Shown piece after piece: positions 28,628-39,143 of a DNA stretch of 46,371 nt (position 1 is its first letter; the number at the start of each line of letters is the position of its first letter). The translations under genes and the position numbers were made by a program. This stretch comes from Candidatus Bathyarchaeota archaeon (GTDB lineage: Archaea > Thermoproteota > Bathyarchaeia > Bathyarchaeales > Bathyarchaeaceae). Below the pieces are notes generated by a model, which was given only the letters and a program-made list of their open reading frames with translations, was not told where the DNA came from and did no database searches. The stretch is from positions 1 through 46,371 of the forward strand of contig CAVOMX010000015.1 in NCBI GenBank assembly GCA_963697165.1, read 5' to 3'.

Positions 28628-30169
28628 GTGAAAGAGAAAGACAAATACGAAATCGTAAGCGAGATGGCAAAGCGTCGAGGCTACTTCTGGCCCTCCTACG
28701 AAATATACGGAGGCGTCAGCGGATTCCTAACTTTTGGTCCCCTTGGCTCATTACTCAAAAAAAGATTAGAAGAAAAATTCAGACGCTTCTATCTCCAACC
28801 TTTAGCTATCCTTGAAATCGAAACGTCAGTGATTATGCCCGGCAATGTTCTGGAAGCCTCTGGTCACGTAGAAAACTTCAAGGAACCTACAGTAGAATGC
28901 ATTAAATGCAAACGCAAGTTCCGAGCCGATCATCTACTTCAAGAGTTCGGAAAAATGACCGACACAGAAACCGAGAAACTAGCTCTTCAAGATGTTGTGG
29001 ATGAACTTAAAAACCGCAAAATCCGTTGCCCAGAATGTGGCGGAGACTTCAACAAGGCTGAACAGTTCATGACCATGTTCACAACCACTATTGGACCCTA
29101 CTCTGACTCAATCGGTTATGGACGTCCTGAAGCAGCCCAAGGAATCTTTGTCGAGTTCAAACGCATCTTCGAAAGCGCCCGTGGACGTCTTCCTTTAGGC
29201 GTTGCCCAGATTGGTCACGCCCTCAGAAACGAGATTTCTCCACGACAAGGTCCAATACGACTTAGAGAATTCACAATAATAGACATCGAATTCTTCTTTG
29301 ACCCAGAAGACAAAAAATGCTTGATTATCAACGAAGTGGAAGATGAAACATTACGGCTGGTACTCGCAGAAAACAAACTGAAGGGCATAACTGAACCTGT
29401 AACCGTTACCGTAAAGGATGCACTAAGCAAAGGCATAATCAATGAGGAGTGGCAAGCCTACTTCATGGCATTAGCCAAAAGATTTCTGGTCGAAATAGGT
29501 GTCCCAGAGGAAAAGCAGCGGTTCATCGAGAAACTAGACTATGAACGAGCCCACTATTCCCTGCAAGGTTTTGATCAAGAAGTGTATCTAGAGCGATGGG
29601 GCTGGACAGAAGTTTCCGGTCACAACTACCGAACAGACTATGACCTGAGCCGCCACATGAAAGCCAGCGGCGTAGACTTGACCGCATTTAAGGAATCTGA
29701 GGATGGTGGAAGAAGATTTGTTCCCCACGTTATCGAACCCAGTTTTGGGTTAGACCGGCTAGTCTATGTTGCCTTAGAGTACGCTTACACAAAACAAGGT
29801 AAACGAACAGTCCTGAGTTTGTCCCGTGACCTTGCCCCAACACAAGTTAGTGTTTTTCCTTTGATGAATAAAGACGGCATGCTTGAGAAGGCTGACGAGG
29901 TCTACCACATGTTAACCAATGAAGGTTTCACTGTGGACTGGGACTCGTCAGGTTCCATCGGAAGAAGATATGCACGAGCCGATGAAGTGGGAACGCTTCT
30001 AGGAATAACCATCGACTATCAAACTGTCGAAGATGGCACCGTTACATTGCGAGACCGTGACAGTTGGAAGCAGGTTCGAAGTAAGCTTTCTGAACTCCCA
30101 TGTTTGCTGCACGAATACTTCAAAAACAAAATAGACTTTGCAGCTTTGGGGCAACTGATCGAACGCTGA
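28628..30169 (+). CDS. glyS: Glycine--tRNA ligase (alpha2 type)
   Basis: RRGYFWPSYEIYGG, RNEISPRQG..RLREF, ERAHYS, PHVIEPSFGLDR and SIGRRYARADEVG motifs. Confidence 0.96.
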   Translation: MKEKDKYEIVSEMAKRRGYFWPSYEIYGGVSGFLTFGPLGSLLKKRLEEKFRRFYLQPLAILEIETSVIMPGNVLEASGHVENFKEPTVECIKCKRKFRADHLLQEFGKMTDTETEKLALQDVVDELKNRKIRCPECGGDFNKAEQFMTMFTTTIGPYSDSIGYGRPEAAQGIFVEFKRIFESARGRLPLGVAQIGHALRNEISPRQGPIRLREFTIIDIEFFFDPEDKKCLIINEVEDETLRLVLAENKLKGITEPVTVTVKDALSKGIINEEWQAYFMALAKRFLVEIGVPEEKQRFIEKLDYERAHYSLQGFDQEVYLERWGWTEVSGHNYRTDYDLSRHMKASGVDLTAFKESEDGGRRFVPHVIEPSFGLDRLVYVALEYAYTKQGKRTVLSLSRDLAPTQVSVFPLMNKDGMLEKADEVYHMLTNEGFTVDWDSSGSIGRRYARADEVGTLLGITIDYQTVEDGTVTLRDRDSWKQVRSKLSELPCLLHEYFKNKIDFAALGQLIER

Positions 30170-30257
30170 AGCAATTAAGACCTGAAAAGCTAACTCTTTT
30201 TAAGAGCATCCAATCTATTAATTAGTGTTATAACTTGGACATTTATGGTGCAACAAT

Positions 30258-30917
30258 ATGGTATTTCCAGTAGAGACTGAAGAACGGGTAAAACGAAGAG
30301 CGCTCAACGTTTCAAGAGATCATCTCAGAGAAGTAGTGGATACTTCGCGCAAAATTTCGCAGTTGGTCTCCGCTTTCGTGGATGGCAACAAAGCCTCGGC
30401 TCAGGAGTTGTTCGAAGACATCAAGAAGCTTCAGACCAAAGTAGATATTGCAGAACGAAATGTTTCACGAGAGCTCGCCGAGATAGGAGCCATATTAATG
30501 AGCCGCGAAGACTTTCTACGTTTCACTAACCTAGCAAGTGACATATCTGACTACAGCGAAGGAATAGCCTTTCGACTGCTTCAGATTATGGAAAGAGGCT
30601 GGAAAGTTCCAAAGCAAATAAAGGAAGACCTTGTTAAACTTTCGGATGCCGTCTTCGACACTGTATCCAAGCTTAGAGAAACCGTTATGACACTAAATTA
30701 TGGGGTCACTAAAACATTAGAAAAGACCAGAGAAGTTGACACTGCAGAACGGATAGTAGACGATCTTTATCGTCAACTGGAAGTAGACATCATAGATAGC
30801 AAAATGGATTTTCCACCAATGTTTCTGTTATTGATTGTAGTTCAGCATCTGGAGGAAGCCACAGACAAAGCTAAAGCCGCCTCGGACGCTGCCCGCATAC
30901 TTGCTCTCACAATTTAG
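30258..30917 (+). CDS. DUF47/PhoU-like helical bundle protein
   Basis: Duplicated helical unit with REDF...DISDYSE and E..VDD...EEATD. Confidence 0.8.
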   Translation: MVFPVETEERVKRRALNVSRDHLREVVDTSRKISQLVSAFVDGNKASAQELFEDIKKLQTKVDIAERNVSRELAEIGAILMSREDFLRFTNLASDISDYSEGIAFRLLQIMERGWKVPKQIKEDLVKLSDAVFDTVSKLRETVMTLNYGVTKTLEKTREVDTAERIVDDLYRQLEVDIIDSKMDFPPMFLLLIVVQHLEEATDKAKAASDAARILALTI

Positions 30918-30928
30918 AGTGAAGTTGT

Positions 30929-31486
30929 ATGCCCGAGAAGATTGAAACCGAACTCCTAGACAATTTTCTTGTAGTTTGGAATCCTGAGGAAGGGTCTACG
31001 CTCTATAAGCTCGGGTATTACGGCAAGCCCATCGGTATTCCTAAGCCAAAGATTCCTGAATTTGATGTTCCCCTGATTCTTGACCTCATGGAAGGCGTTT
31101 ATCTTGTTGAGAATGGAAAAATCAGAGTTTATGGAGGACCAGAAAGAAAAGACGTCAGTATTTCAAAGCTACGGAGAAGAGCAAGAAAGCTGTACGAGGA
31201 TTTCGATGCAAAATATGCGGTTTATCGTGACCTGCGGGGTCAGGAGCTTATTGTTACGCCTGGCATAAAATATGGCTGCGATTTTGCGATTTACAATCAG
31301 GGACCTGGTGTTGATCATGCACCTTACATGGTTTCTGTGAAAAAGGCTAGTGATGAAGTTACAGCAACGGATGTTGTTAAAGCGGGAAGATTGGCTACAA
31401 CAGTTCGTAAAAGGTTCATAATAGCCATACCTGACCTAGAAGCCGAGGATATACGTTATCTTATCTTCAAATGGTTCAAAGCCTAG
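30929..31486 (+). CDS. endA: tRNA-intron endonuclease, catalytic subunit
   Basis: Catalytic Y/H/K residues in GIKYGCDFAIY, DHAPY and GRLATTVRK. Confidence 0.93.
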   Translation: MPEKIETELLDNFLVVWNPEEGSTLYKLGYYGKPIGIPKPKIPEFDVPLILDLMEGVYLVENGKIRVYGGPERKDVSISKLRRRARKLYEDFDAKYAVYRDLRGQELIVTPGIKYGCDFAIYNQGPGVDHAPYMVSVKKASDEVTATDVVKAGRLATTVRKRFIIAIPDLEAEDIRYLIFKWFKA

Positions 31487-31489
31487 CTT

Positions 31490-31993
31490 TCATCTTTGAA
31501 GTTTTTCTCTTATTTCAGGCAAGGCTTCTTCTTGGAACCGTTTTATTCCAAGCGTCGTAATTTTGTAGTTTCCCTCTTCAGTTTTTGCTGCTAACCCTTC
31601 TCGGATAAGTTCACCAAGTCTTGTGCTTGTTATTTTTGCAGTTTTTCCAAGCCCAGTTTGCAGCTCTTCTTTTGTTAGAATGTCTTTTGGTTGTCCGAGT
31701 TTGCTGCCGATGTATGTCGCTAGAAGATGTAATGTAAGGGTTTCGCTGTCTGTTAGTTTCTGTTTTAAAAGTAGCAGAACCGGTCCTTCAGGGGCAATGG
31801 CGATTATGTTTTTGCAATCTTCAATTAGGCCTTCTAGATCAACAGTGAGAAGCGCTTTCTTTACTGTCTCGAGGGCGGGTATCATTTCGCTAAAGAATCT
31901 GTTGATGCTCCTCCAAACTTGGTTTGCGTCACCAGTGAATGTCTGTTCCGTTTCCTGATATTTTATCTGGACAGTAACTGATTCTTTGATCAA
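31490..31993 (-). CDS. Hypothetical protein with a C-terminal wHTH
   Basis: STRLGELIREG...YKITTLG; 4-nt overlap with the upstream gene. Confidence 0.75.
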   Translation of the reverse strand: MIKESVTVQIKYQETEQTFTGDANQVWRSINRFFSEMIPALETVKKALLTVDLEGLIEDCKNIIAIAPEGPVLLLLKQKLTDSETLTLHLLATYIGSKLGQPKDILTKEELQTGLGKTAKITSTRLGELIREGLAAKTEEGNYKITTLGIKRFQEEALPEIREKLQR

Positions 31994-32463
31994 CCTGTTG
32001 CGCCTCGAAGCTTCGAAAGCACTTCTTCTTCAACCCATCTTTCGCCTTGAGTGGTCAACTTGAATTCGGATCTTGCGGGGTCGGGTTTGAAGACGATTCC
32101 CCTTTTTGTCATCTCGTTGAGGCGAGCAGGAACCATGGATCTGATTCCGCTTGAAGCCAATAATCGTTTAATCAGGGTAGCTGTGCTCGAGTTTTGGTCT
32201 GAAGCAAACAGAATTAGGGCAATGGATTCATAGTGGGTAAGTTTCTCTCGGGTGGTTATGATTGGTCCTTCAGTTGTGAGTTCTATTACTCCGTCTAACT
32301 GTGTTTTTATTGAGGGCGTCAGATTTGTAGAGATTAATCCGCCTACCTCATTCACGAACTGAGGCGACATGGTTTTTAGTGTTTTGAGTATTTCTTGGGC
32401 ACTTTCTCCCTCGATAACGATTTCTCCGAAGGGCGCCTTAACTCTCACCCGTATCTTTCCCAT
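31990..32463 (-). CDS. Hypothetical protein with a C-terminal wHTH
   Basis: ARLNEMTKRG...FKLTTQG; GGAGG SD; similar architecture to its neighbour. Confidence 0.75.
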   Translation of the reverse strand: MGKIRVRVKAPFGEIVIEGESAQEILKTLKTMSPQFVNEVGGLISTNLTPSIKTQLDGVIELTTEGPIITTREKLTHYESIALILFASDQNSSTATLIKRLLASSGIRSMVPARLNEMTKRGIVFKPDPARSEFKLTTQGERWVEEEVLSKLRGATG

Positions 32464-32659
32464 TCTAGTTTCGTCCTCCAGCTAAAAACATACACATAAC
32501 CTTATCAGTCTTCCACCTCTTTATCTTATTTTTCCTAACAAGCAACGACAATAAACAACTATCAATCGAAACTGTTCAACTTTGTAGTCTAATAATACTT
32601 CATTGTTGAAAACAACACTTTACAAGACTAAAAAGTAAGAACTCTTCAATTCTTTGAAG

Positions 32660-33546
32660 TGCCAGCTATGTTCAGGTAACCTTTGCGCCAAGATCCGGTA
32701 TCAAGGTTAAAGACGGAAGTTTCTCCGTGAAGTCGTATCGTTCGATGAGACTGCACCCAACGGCAACGGCATTGCTGCATACACCAATTGTTAGTCTAAT
32801 GGCAACTTATCTCGCAGCAAGGCTACTGCAGGCAAGAAAGCTATCCGCAGAAGACTCAAACCAAAAGCCACAGTCAGATTCACGTATCTTTTTCCGTACA
32901 GAAATGCTCCTAACATGAAAACAGCCACCGCAGACGTGGTGCCCCCTGTCATATGCAAAAAAGTAGACACCTGAGAAGGAATCTCCACCTCAATAATCGA
33001 AATCAAGATACCTGCTCCAATCGAAACAATTAATGGGTTTCTTGCAAGTCGCGTAGCAACCTGTTTTAGCCCCTCAATCTTCGAAGACTCCCCAAGCTTA
33101 TACAACTCAAGAATCGTGATGGAGACTGCGATTGCCACAATGCCAATAGTAGATGCTGCCAAAGTAGCTAAACGCTCGGTCTGTTCTGAGGGGAAAGCAA
33201 AAGTTATGAAGGGAATACCAAAGAATGCAAAACTGCCAAAGATTGTGCTTAAAGTGAGTAGATAAAACGTATTCCTCGAGAACCTGAAAACTGCATAGAG
33301 CAAACCGTAAATCGTTATCACCACAAACACTGGAATAATCCCCGCGAAAATGAAATTCAATGTCTCTGCGACAAAGCGTGTTTCCGCCAAATCAATCAAG
33401 AAGAGGGCAGGTAACGCAAAATAGTACACATAGGCGCTGAGCACCCGCTAATCTCCCAGCTTCAGAATTCCAATCTTTCTTGAAAGAAATCCTATGCCCA
33501 TCAGCAAGAGAATAGGAACAGCCGTTCCTATCAGTGCGTCAGCCAT
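32660..33546 (-). pseudogene. AEC (auxin efflux carrier) family transporter, disrupted
   Basis: YFALPAL, FFGIP and RNPLIVS motifs; ATG at 33546, in-frame TAG at 33448-33450, and several indels in the 3' part (ERYDF survives near 32735); 3' end approximate. Confidence 0.7.
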
Positions 33547-33760
33547 ACCTGTTCCTCTAGTCTACTTGGCTTTCTTGATAAGATAAATGTTGCAACTATT
33601 TCTGGAGATTTTCGAGAACACAGGAACCGAATCCCCCGTAGCCTCGAATATCTACACACGAGACAACTTCTACACAATCTCATTATTCAAGAAAAGGAAA
33701 ACCTTCGAGAAAGTCCGTTGAGAACTACGTTTGCATTAGAAGCTAGCTGCAACTTCAATG

Positions 33761-35656
33761 TTAGTCGTTGTTTAGTTTGCTTTTCAGGACCTCGTTGACT
33801 ACTTTGGCTTTAACTCGTCCTCGCGCCTTCTTCATAACGATTCCCATTAATGCTCCAAAAGCGCCCTTTCCCCGCAACTCAATAAACTCAGAGTTCTTCT
33901 CTATAACATCATCCACCAGATCCTCAAGCTCTTTTCGCGAAATCATCGAAAGCCCCAAACTCTCAAGAGCATCCTTAACCGTGGATTCCTCGTTACTTGC
34001 AAGCCAAGTTAATACCTCAGGAATGCTCTCCTTCGTAGTCTTTCCTGAGCCAATCATCCTAAACATTTCCCTGAACTGCTCATCAGTAACTGCCTCAACA
34101 TTTATTCCATCCCGCTTAAGCGCCTTCAACGTCTCCGTCAATGCAACAGCAATAACCGTCTCAGAAACCTTCGTCTCCTTTGCCAAAGACTCAAAAAGCT
34201 CAAGGTAATCAGAATCCAAAATCTGCTTGACAAGCTTCCGATTAAGCTTATACTCATCCATCAGCCGTTTCGTCATCTGCTCAGGCAACTCAGGAAGACG
34301 ACCACTCAACTCGTCCAGATACTCCTTGGTTAACTGAATCGGCGGCACATCCGTCTCAGGATACATTCGAGCCGCTCCAGGTCTAGGGCGCATATACTTT
34401 GTAGTTCCATCAGAGTTCGCTGAGCGGGTCTCCTCGGGAACACCCTTCAAGGCTAATCTAGCCCGCCAAGTCACCGCCCTCAATGCATCAGTTGCATTTT
34501 CTGGCGTATCCGCCACAAAAACCAGTGCGTCCTGCGGATTTTTCTTTAGCAGTTTTCCAAGCTGGTTTAGTTCTTCCTCGGTTACATCATAGGCTGGCAT
34601 CTCGTCTGTGTGAAATATACCTCCAACTCTTCCCCAGAAGCGAGCCATCCCCGCCAACTCAGACCCAAGCCTCATGCCTGTGGCAAGCTCTTTTTTGAGA
34701 AACCCAGCAAATCCAGAAAGCCTAACCGCTAAGACCGGATTGTTCTGTTTAATCGCCTTCGCGATAACTTTACACTTTGTATTCTTGAAAATTTGGGTAA
34801 CGTCAACAAAATCTTCGGTGATATCTGCCTCTTTTACTCCAAGTTTCTTCAATTCATCCCTAATCTGCAGGAGACTTAGTTGTCGTTGAACCTCGTTTTC
34901 GATTACTTTGGAAACTAATTCTAGTTCCTGAACGCCCTTAATCTCTATCAAAGCCCCATCACGGATGGAAACGTTCACGTCTTGACGAATAGTTCCTAAA
35001 CCCCGTCTGACCCTGCGGGTCGCCCTCAGTATTCTTCCAATAGCATAGGCTGTCTCTTGCGCCTCCTCTGGAGAATAGATGACTGGCGCAGTGGTAACTT
35101 CGATGAGCGGTATTCCAAGACGGTCAATACGGTAACGTATTAGCTGCCCATCCTTTCCCGTCTTCCTAGCGGCATCCTCTTCGAGGCTCACCTGCGAAAT
35201 AGCAACTTTCTTACCTTTAATGTCAATCTCACCATTCAATGCCACAACACATGTCCGCTGAAAACCGCTCGTGTTTGAACCATCAATAACCGTCTTGCGC
35301 ATAACATGAACCTCATCCACCGGCTTCATCTTCATCATAAGCGACGCTAATACTAAAATCTCCACAGCCTCCCTGTTCAAGTCATGGGGAGGCTCCTCAT
35401 CCATCTCCACCAAACACGTTGTATCATTGTTTGCCTCATACAGAATCTTTGTTTCCTTCTTAAACTCAAAAAGAGCCGCTGAATCAACCTGACCCAACTC
35501 ACTCTGTGTCGGTCTCAATCTTCTGATAAACGTGAACTCGGGTTCTTCCTTGAACAGGTTGGGTTCACAGGAACAGAAAAGCTTCTCTCTAGTATCTAAC
35601 TGCTGATGAATCTCAAGTCCTGCCTTCAAACCAACCTTCGAATATTTGCTGCTCAT
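33761..35656 (-). CDS. gatE: Glu-tRNA(Gln) amidotransferase subunit E
   Basis: GLEIHQQL, MRKTVIDGSNTSGFQRT and RPRPGAARMYPETD motifs. Confidence 0.97.
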   Translation of the reverse strand: MSSKYSKVGLKAGLEIHQQLDTREKLFCSCEPNLFKEEPEFTFIRRLRPTQSELGQVDSAALFEFKKETKILYEANNDTTCLVEMDEEPPHDLNREAVEILVLASLMMKMKPVDEVHVMRKTVIDGSNTSGFQRTCVVALNGEIDIKGKKVAISQVSLEEDAARKTGKDGQLIRYRIDRLGIPLIEVTTAPVIYSPEEAQETAYAIGRILRATRRVRRGLGTIRQDVNVSIRDGALIEIKGVQELELVSKVIENEVQRQLSLLQIRDELKKLGVKEADITEDFVDVTQIFKNTKCKVIAKAIKQNNPVLAVRLSGFAGFLKKELATGMRLGSELAGMARFWGRVGGIFHTDEMPAYDVTEEELNQLGKLLKKNPQDALVFVADTPENATDALRAVTWRARLALKGVPEETRSANSDGTTKYMRPRPGAARMYPETDVPPIQLTKEYLDELSGRLPELPEQMTKRLMDEYKLNRKLVKQILDSDYLELFESLAKETKVSETVIAVALTETLKALKRDGINVEAVTDEQFREMFRMIGSGKTTKESIPEVLTWLASNEESTVKDALESLGLSMISRKELEDLVDDVIEKNSEFIELRGKGAFGALMGIVMKKARGRVKAKVVNEVLKSKLNND

Positions 35657-35668
35657 ACCCTTTTTTCC

Positions 35669-37006
35669 TCAATATCCTATTTTTTCATATAATGTCCTAG
35701 CCGAATACTCGTTAGCTATGTTCTCTTTGAGAAGCCTTTTTGCCTCTTCAGTTTTGGTTATTTGACCAAGAACCCACCTGAGTTTCACATACGCTGTCTC
35801 AGGAAGCATATCATCGAGGGAAATAACGCCCATTGATAGAAGGTCTCTGCCCTGATCGTAAACGTTCATGTTTAATCTTCCCCAAATACACTGAGAAGTC
35901 ATGCATACAATCACACCCTTCTCATTGGCTCTTCGAATTGCCGAAAAAAGGTAATCCCCAACATGTCCAAGCCCTGTTCCTTCCAGTACGATTCCCCTGT
36001 AGCCCTTATCAACATACCAATCAATCACCTCTGGATTCAGGTCTGGATATGCCTTAATGAGAGCCACCTTCTCGTCAAAGTTTGGATTCAGCTTGAGTTT
36101 TCGTGTAACATCACGTTTCCTGTAACTTTTCGTCAACATTCTAATCTTATCATCTTCGATTCTAGCAAGAGGCGAAGCATTTACGGACTTGAAGGTGTCT
36201 CTGCGGCTCGTGTGACACTTTCTTACCTTTGTTCCACGGTGAAAAACGATTGACGTATCCGAAACCGTTTCATGCATGGCAATCACAACCTCCGCGAAAG
36301 GAGCGGAAACCGCCGCTCTGACAGCGCCAACCAAGTTAGTTGCAGCATCCGAACTCGGACGATCAGCCGACCTCTGAGAAGCAACCATTACAACAGGCAC
36401 AGGCAAATCCTGAAGCGCAAAACTCAAACCCGCGGCACTATACCCCAAAGTATCCGTTCCATGAGCAACAACAACTCCAGCTACGCCATTTTCGATATGC
36501 TTAGCAACAGCTTTCGCGGTTACAATCCAATGCTTAGCCGTGATGTTCTCGCTGAAAGTGCTAAACAGAATCTCCGTATCCACAACCGCGATCTCTGAGA
36601 GCTCTGGAACCACACTGTAGAGTTCGCTGGCAGAGAGTGCTGGTCGTACACCTCCTGTTCTGTAGTCAACGTGGCTGGCGATTGTGCCCCCTGTGCTAAC
36701 GATGGCTACCCTAGGCAAACTTGTGTTCTGTTCTGGAAGGGGCGGAGACGTAAATGTTGGCTTAACTCCCTCCCCAACCTTCTCGACCTGCGCTGTGGAA
36801 TCAATGCGGACTCCAACATTGTAGCCGCTCTTCATCTTAAGTATAATATGATGCTCATCTCCAATCTCTGAGCGGGGAATAAGTATGCCCTCCCAGTTTT
36901 CACCGTCTTTAGTTACGCGAATAACATCGCCGATTTCGGCTCCCGCACTCTTCAAAAACTTTAATGCTTGTCCCCTGTAACCCGGAAAATCTTCACTCAA
37001 GCCCAC
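35669..37006 (-). CDS. gatD: Glu-tRNA(Gln) amidotransferase subunit D
   Basis: TGGTIAS, HGTDT, SQRSADRPSSDA and KCHTSRRD motifs; adjacent to gatE. Confidence 0.97.
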   Translation of the reverse strand: MGLSEDFPGYRGQALKFLKSAGAEIGDVIRVTKDGENWEGILIPRSEIGDEHHIILKMKSGYNVGVRIDSTAQVEKVGEGVKPTFTSPPLPEQNTSLPRVAIVSTGGTIASHVDYRTGGVRPALSASELYSVVPELSEIAVVDTEILFSTFSENITAKHWIVTAKAVAKHIENGVAGVVVAHGTDTLGYSAAGLSFALQDLPVPVVMVASQRSADRPSSDAATNLVGAVRAAVSAPFAEVVIAMHETVSDTSIVFHRGTKVRKCHTSRRDTFKSVNASPLARIEDDKIRMLTKSYRKRDVTRKLKLNPNFDEKVALIKAYPDLNPEVIDWYVDKGYRGIVLEGTGLGHVGDYLFSAIRRANEKGVIVCMTSQCIWGRLNMNVYDQGRDLLSMGVISLDDMLPETAYVKLRWVLGQITKTEEAKRLLKENIANEYSARTLYEKIGY

Positions 37007-37081
37007 CCACTCCTATCTTTATCTCCTCAACTAAACTCGCTGAAAACATCTTTTCATTACTTCGACCCGTTTATTAAGGAT

Positions 37082-38672
37082 TCATTTAAGATTTTTAGAA
37101 ACGTATGGACCATCATAACTGTAGCCAAACTGCCTGTAATACTGTTTTGTTCCAAGAGCGCTTGTTACAACAACTTTTGTTCGGCTGTAATCTTCGATCG
37201 CTATTCGTTCAGCCTCAGACAAAAGAATGCCTCCATAGCCTCTGTGCTGCCACGCACCCGCTAAATGTTTGCCGACTGGAACCAATTGACCGTAAACTCT
37301 GAGTTCGCGAACTATCGCTGTTTTTTCAGGAACTATCTCAGGTCTAGTTGCCTTTTCTGAGGGAACCCGCAATCTCACATAACCGACCAAAACATCGTTA
37401 ACTGGGTCCTCAGCAGAAATAAACAGTTCCAGTCCACCCGAAGCCTCTTCCCTTATTGTTCGTATCTCAATCTTGTCCTGGTCAGGCTTCACTTTATCTC
37501 TTAGCCATCTGTGTCCCACTTCCCTGCATCGTATACAGCGGCATTTGCCTCCTTCCGCCCCAAGCTTCTCCAATGCTATCTGCCTTAGGTTGCTCAGTTT
37601 TACTCCCGCCTCAATCAACGATGCTGGTATGTCCCTTTGAACCCTCATAATCCTAACCCACGGAGGAACAAACTTCTTCAATTCCGCGATTAGCTGAGCC
37701 GCCTCATCTGTTGTGTAGGGACTGTATTCTCCCTTCTTCCACCAATCATAAACTTTTGTTCCCTTAATTACCAAGCAGGGATAAATCTTGATCATGTCCG
37801 GCTTAAACTGAGGACTCGTAAATATTTTCCTGAAGCCCTCAATGTCCCGTTCAAAGCTTGAATTCGGTAAACCGGGCATGAGATGATAAACCACCTTTAA
37901 ACCTGCAGTCCTTCATTATGCGAGTGGCTTCTATGACATCCTGAACTCGGTGACCCCTGTTAACCCGCTTGTAAATGTCGTCATAAATATTCTGGACACC
38001 AAGCTCCACTCGTGTCACGCCCATAGAAAGCATCTGAGTAACTTGTTCCTCTTTTGCCCAGTCAGGTCTGGTTTCCACAGTGATTCCAACGTTACGAACT
38101 CGGCTGGTCTCCGCCACCTTTTTTGCTTCATCCAGAGAACTGGATTTTGTTTCTGCGATGGCATCCAAGCATTGTTTAACAAAATCTTCCTGATATTCTG
38201 GGGGTGTGCTGGGAAATGTTCCACCCATAATGATGAGTTCCACCTTGTCAACCTTGTGCCCTATAGCAATCAACTGTTCGATACGGTTTCTAACCTGCGC
38301 GTATGGACTGTAACTGTTTTGGGCGCCTCTCAGGGCAGCGGGTTCTTGACCCGTGTAGCTTTGGGGAACACCATTGGCTGGTCCTCCGGGGCAGTAGGCA
38401 CAGGGTTCTTCTTGGGGGCAAGGCGAAGGCTTCGTCATCACGGCAACCACAGTTACTCCTGATATGGTGCGGACAACCTTTCTTCGAAGAATATTGAGCA
38501 GTTTAGCGTTTTCTTCAGGTTTAAGATGCTGTATTATTTCCGCGTTAGAGGGAACCTTGTTTAGGATATGTTTTCCTGCAACCTTCATCTTAACATTTTC
38601 TAAATCCTTCTTTGTAGGGTTATCCATGTCCATTAATCGTTGAATAATCTCGCGGTATGCTTCGTTGCTCAT
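37082..38672 (-). CDS. elp3: Elp3 tRNA U34 carboxymethyltransferase (radical SAM plus KAT domain), indel near 37907
   Basis: RTISGVTVVAVM, CAYCPGGP, QSYTGQEP, ETRPD, HLMPGLP and WQHRGYG motifs. Confidence 0.93.
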
Positions 38673-39143
38673 CAGGTTTCATCTACAAAATATAAACAAA
38701 AGCTTTCAGATAAGGGAAACAGTTTACTGGAGTTTATGATGTGCAATCTTACCGTTTTACCCTACTATATATGTCAGAGAATGATGAGCTTAATCAACTA
38801 AATAGTAAAATAAAACATTTTGAGTTCCAATTTTATCCTATATTATGAACAAAAAAGATGATAATCGGAGAAACCTTATATTACGAACAGCAAATATTAT
38901 TACTCGTTGATGAGTGTAGGTCGATTCAACCTTCAATCTCAGACAACAAATCGAACGTGATTCGAGGGGAAAATCAAAGATTTCAATTGCAATCCATTGC
39001 ATAAAGAGAGTCAGTTCCAATAATTGGCTCCTATTTTTCTATGATGCCTTTCAATTTAGCAGTAGCCCTATTTTCTATCATTCATTGAAGGCGACCCGAA
39101 CTCAACTACAAAAAGAAAAAAAGAAAAAATAGAAGGAAAAAAA

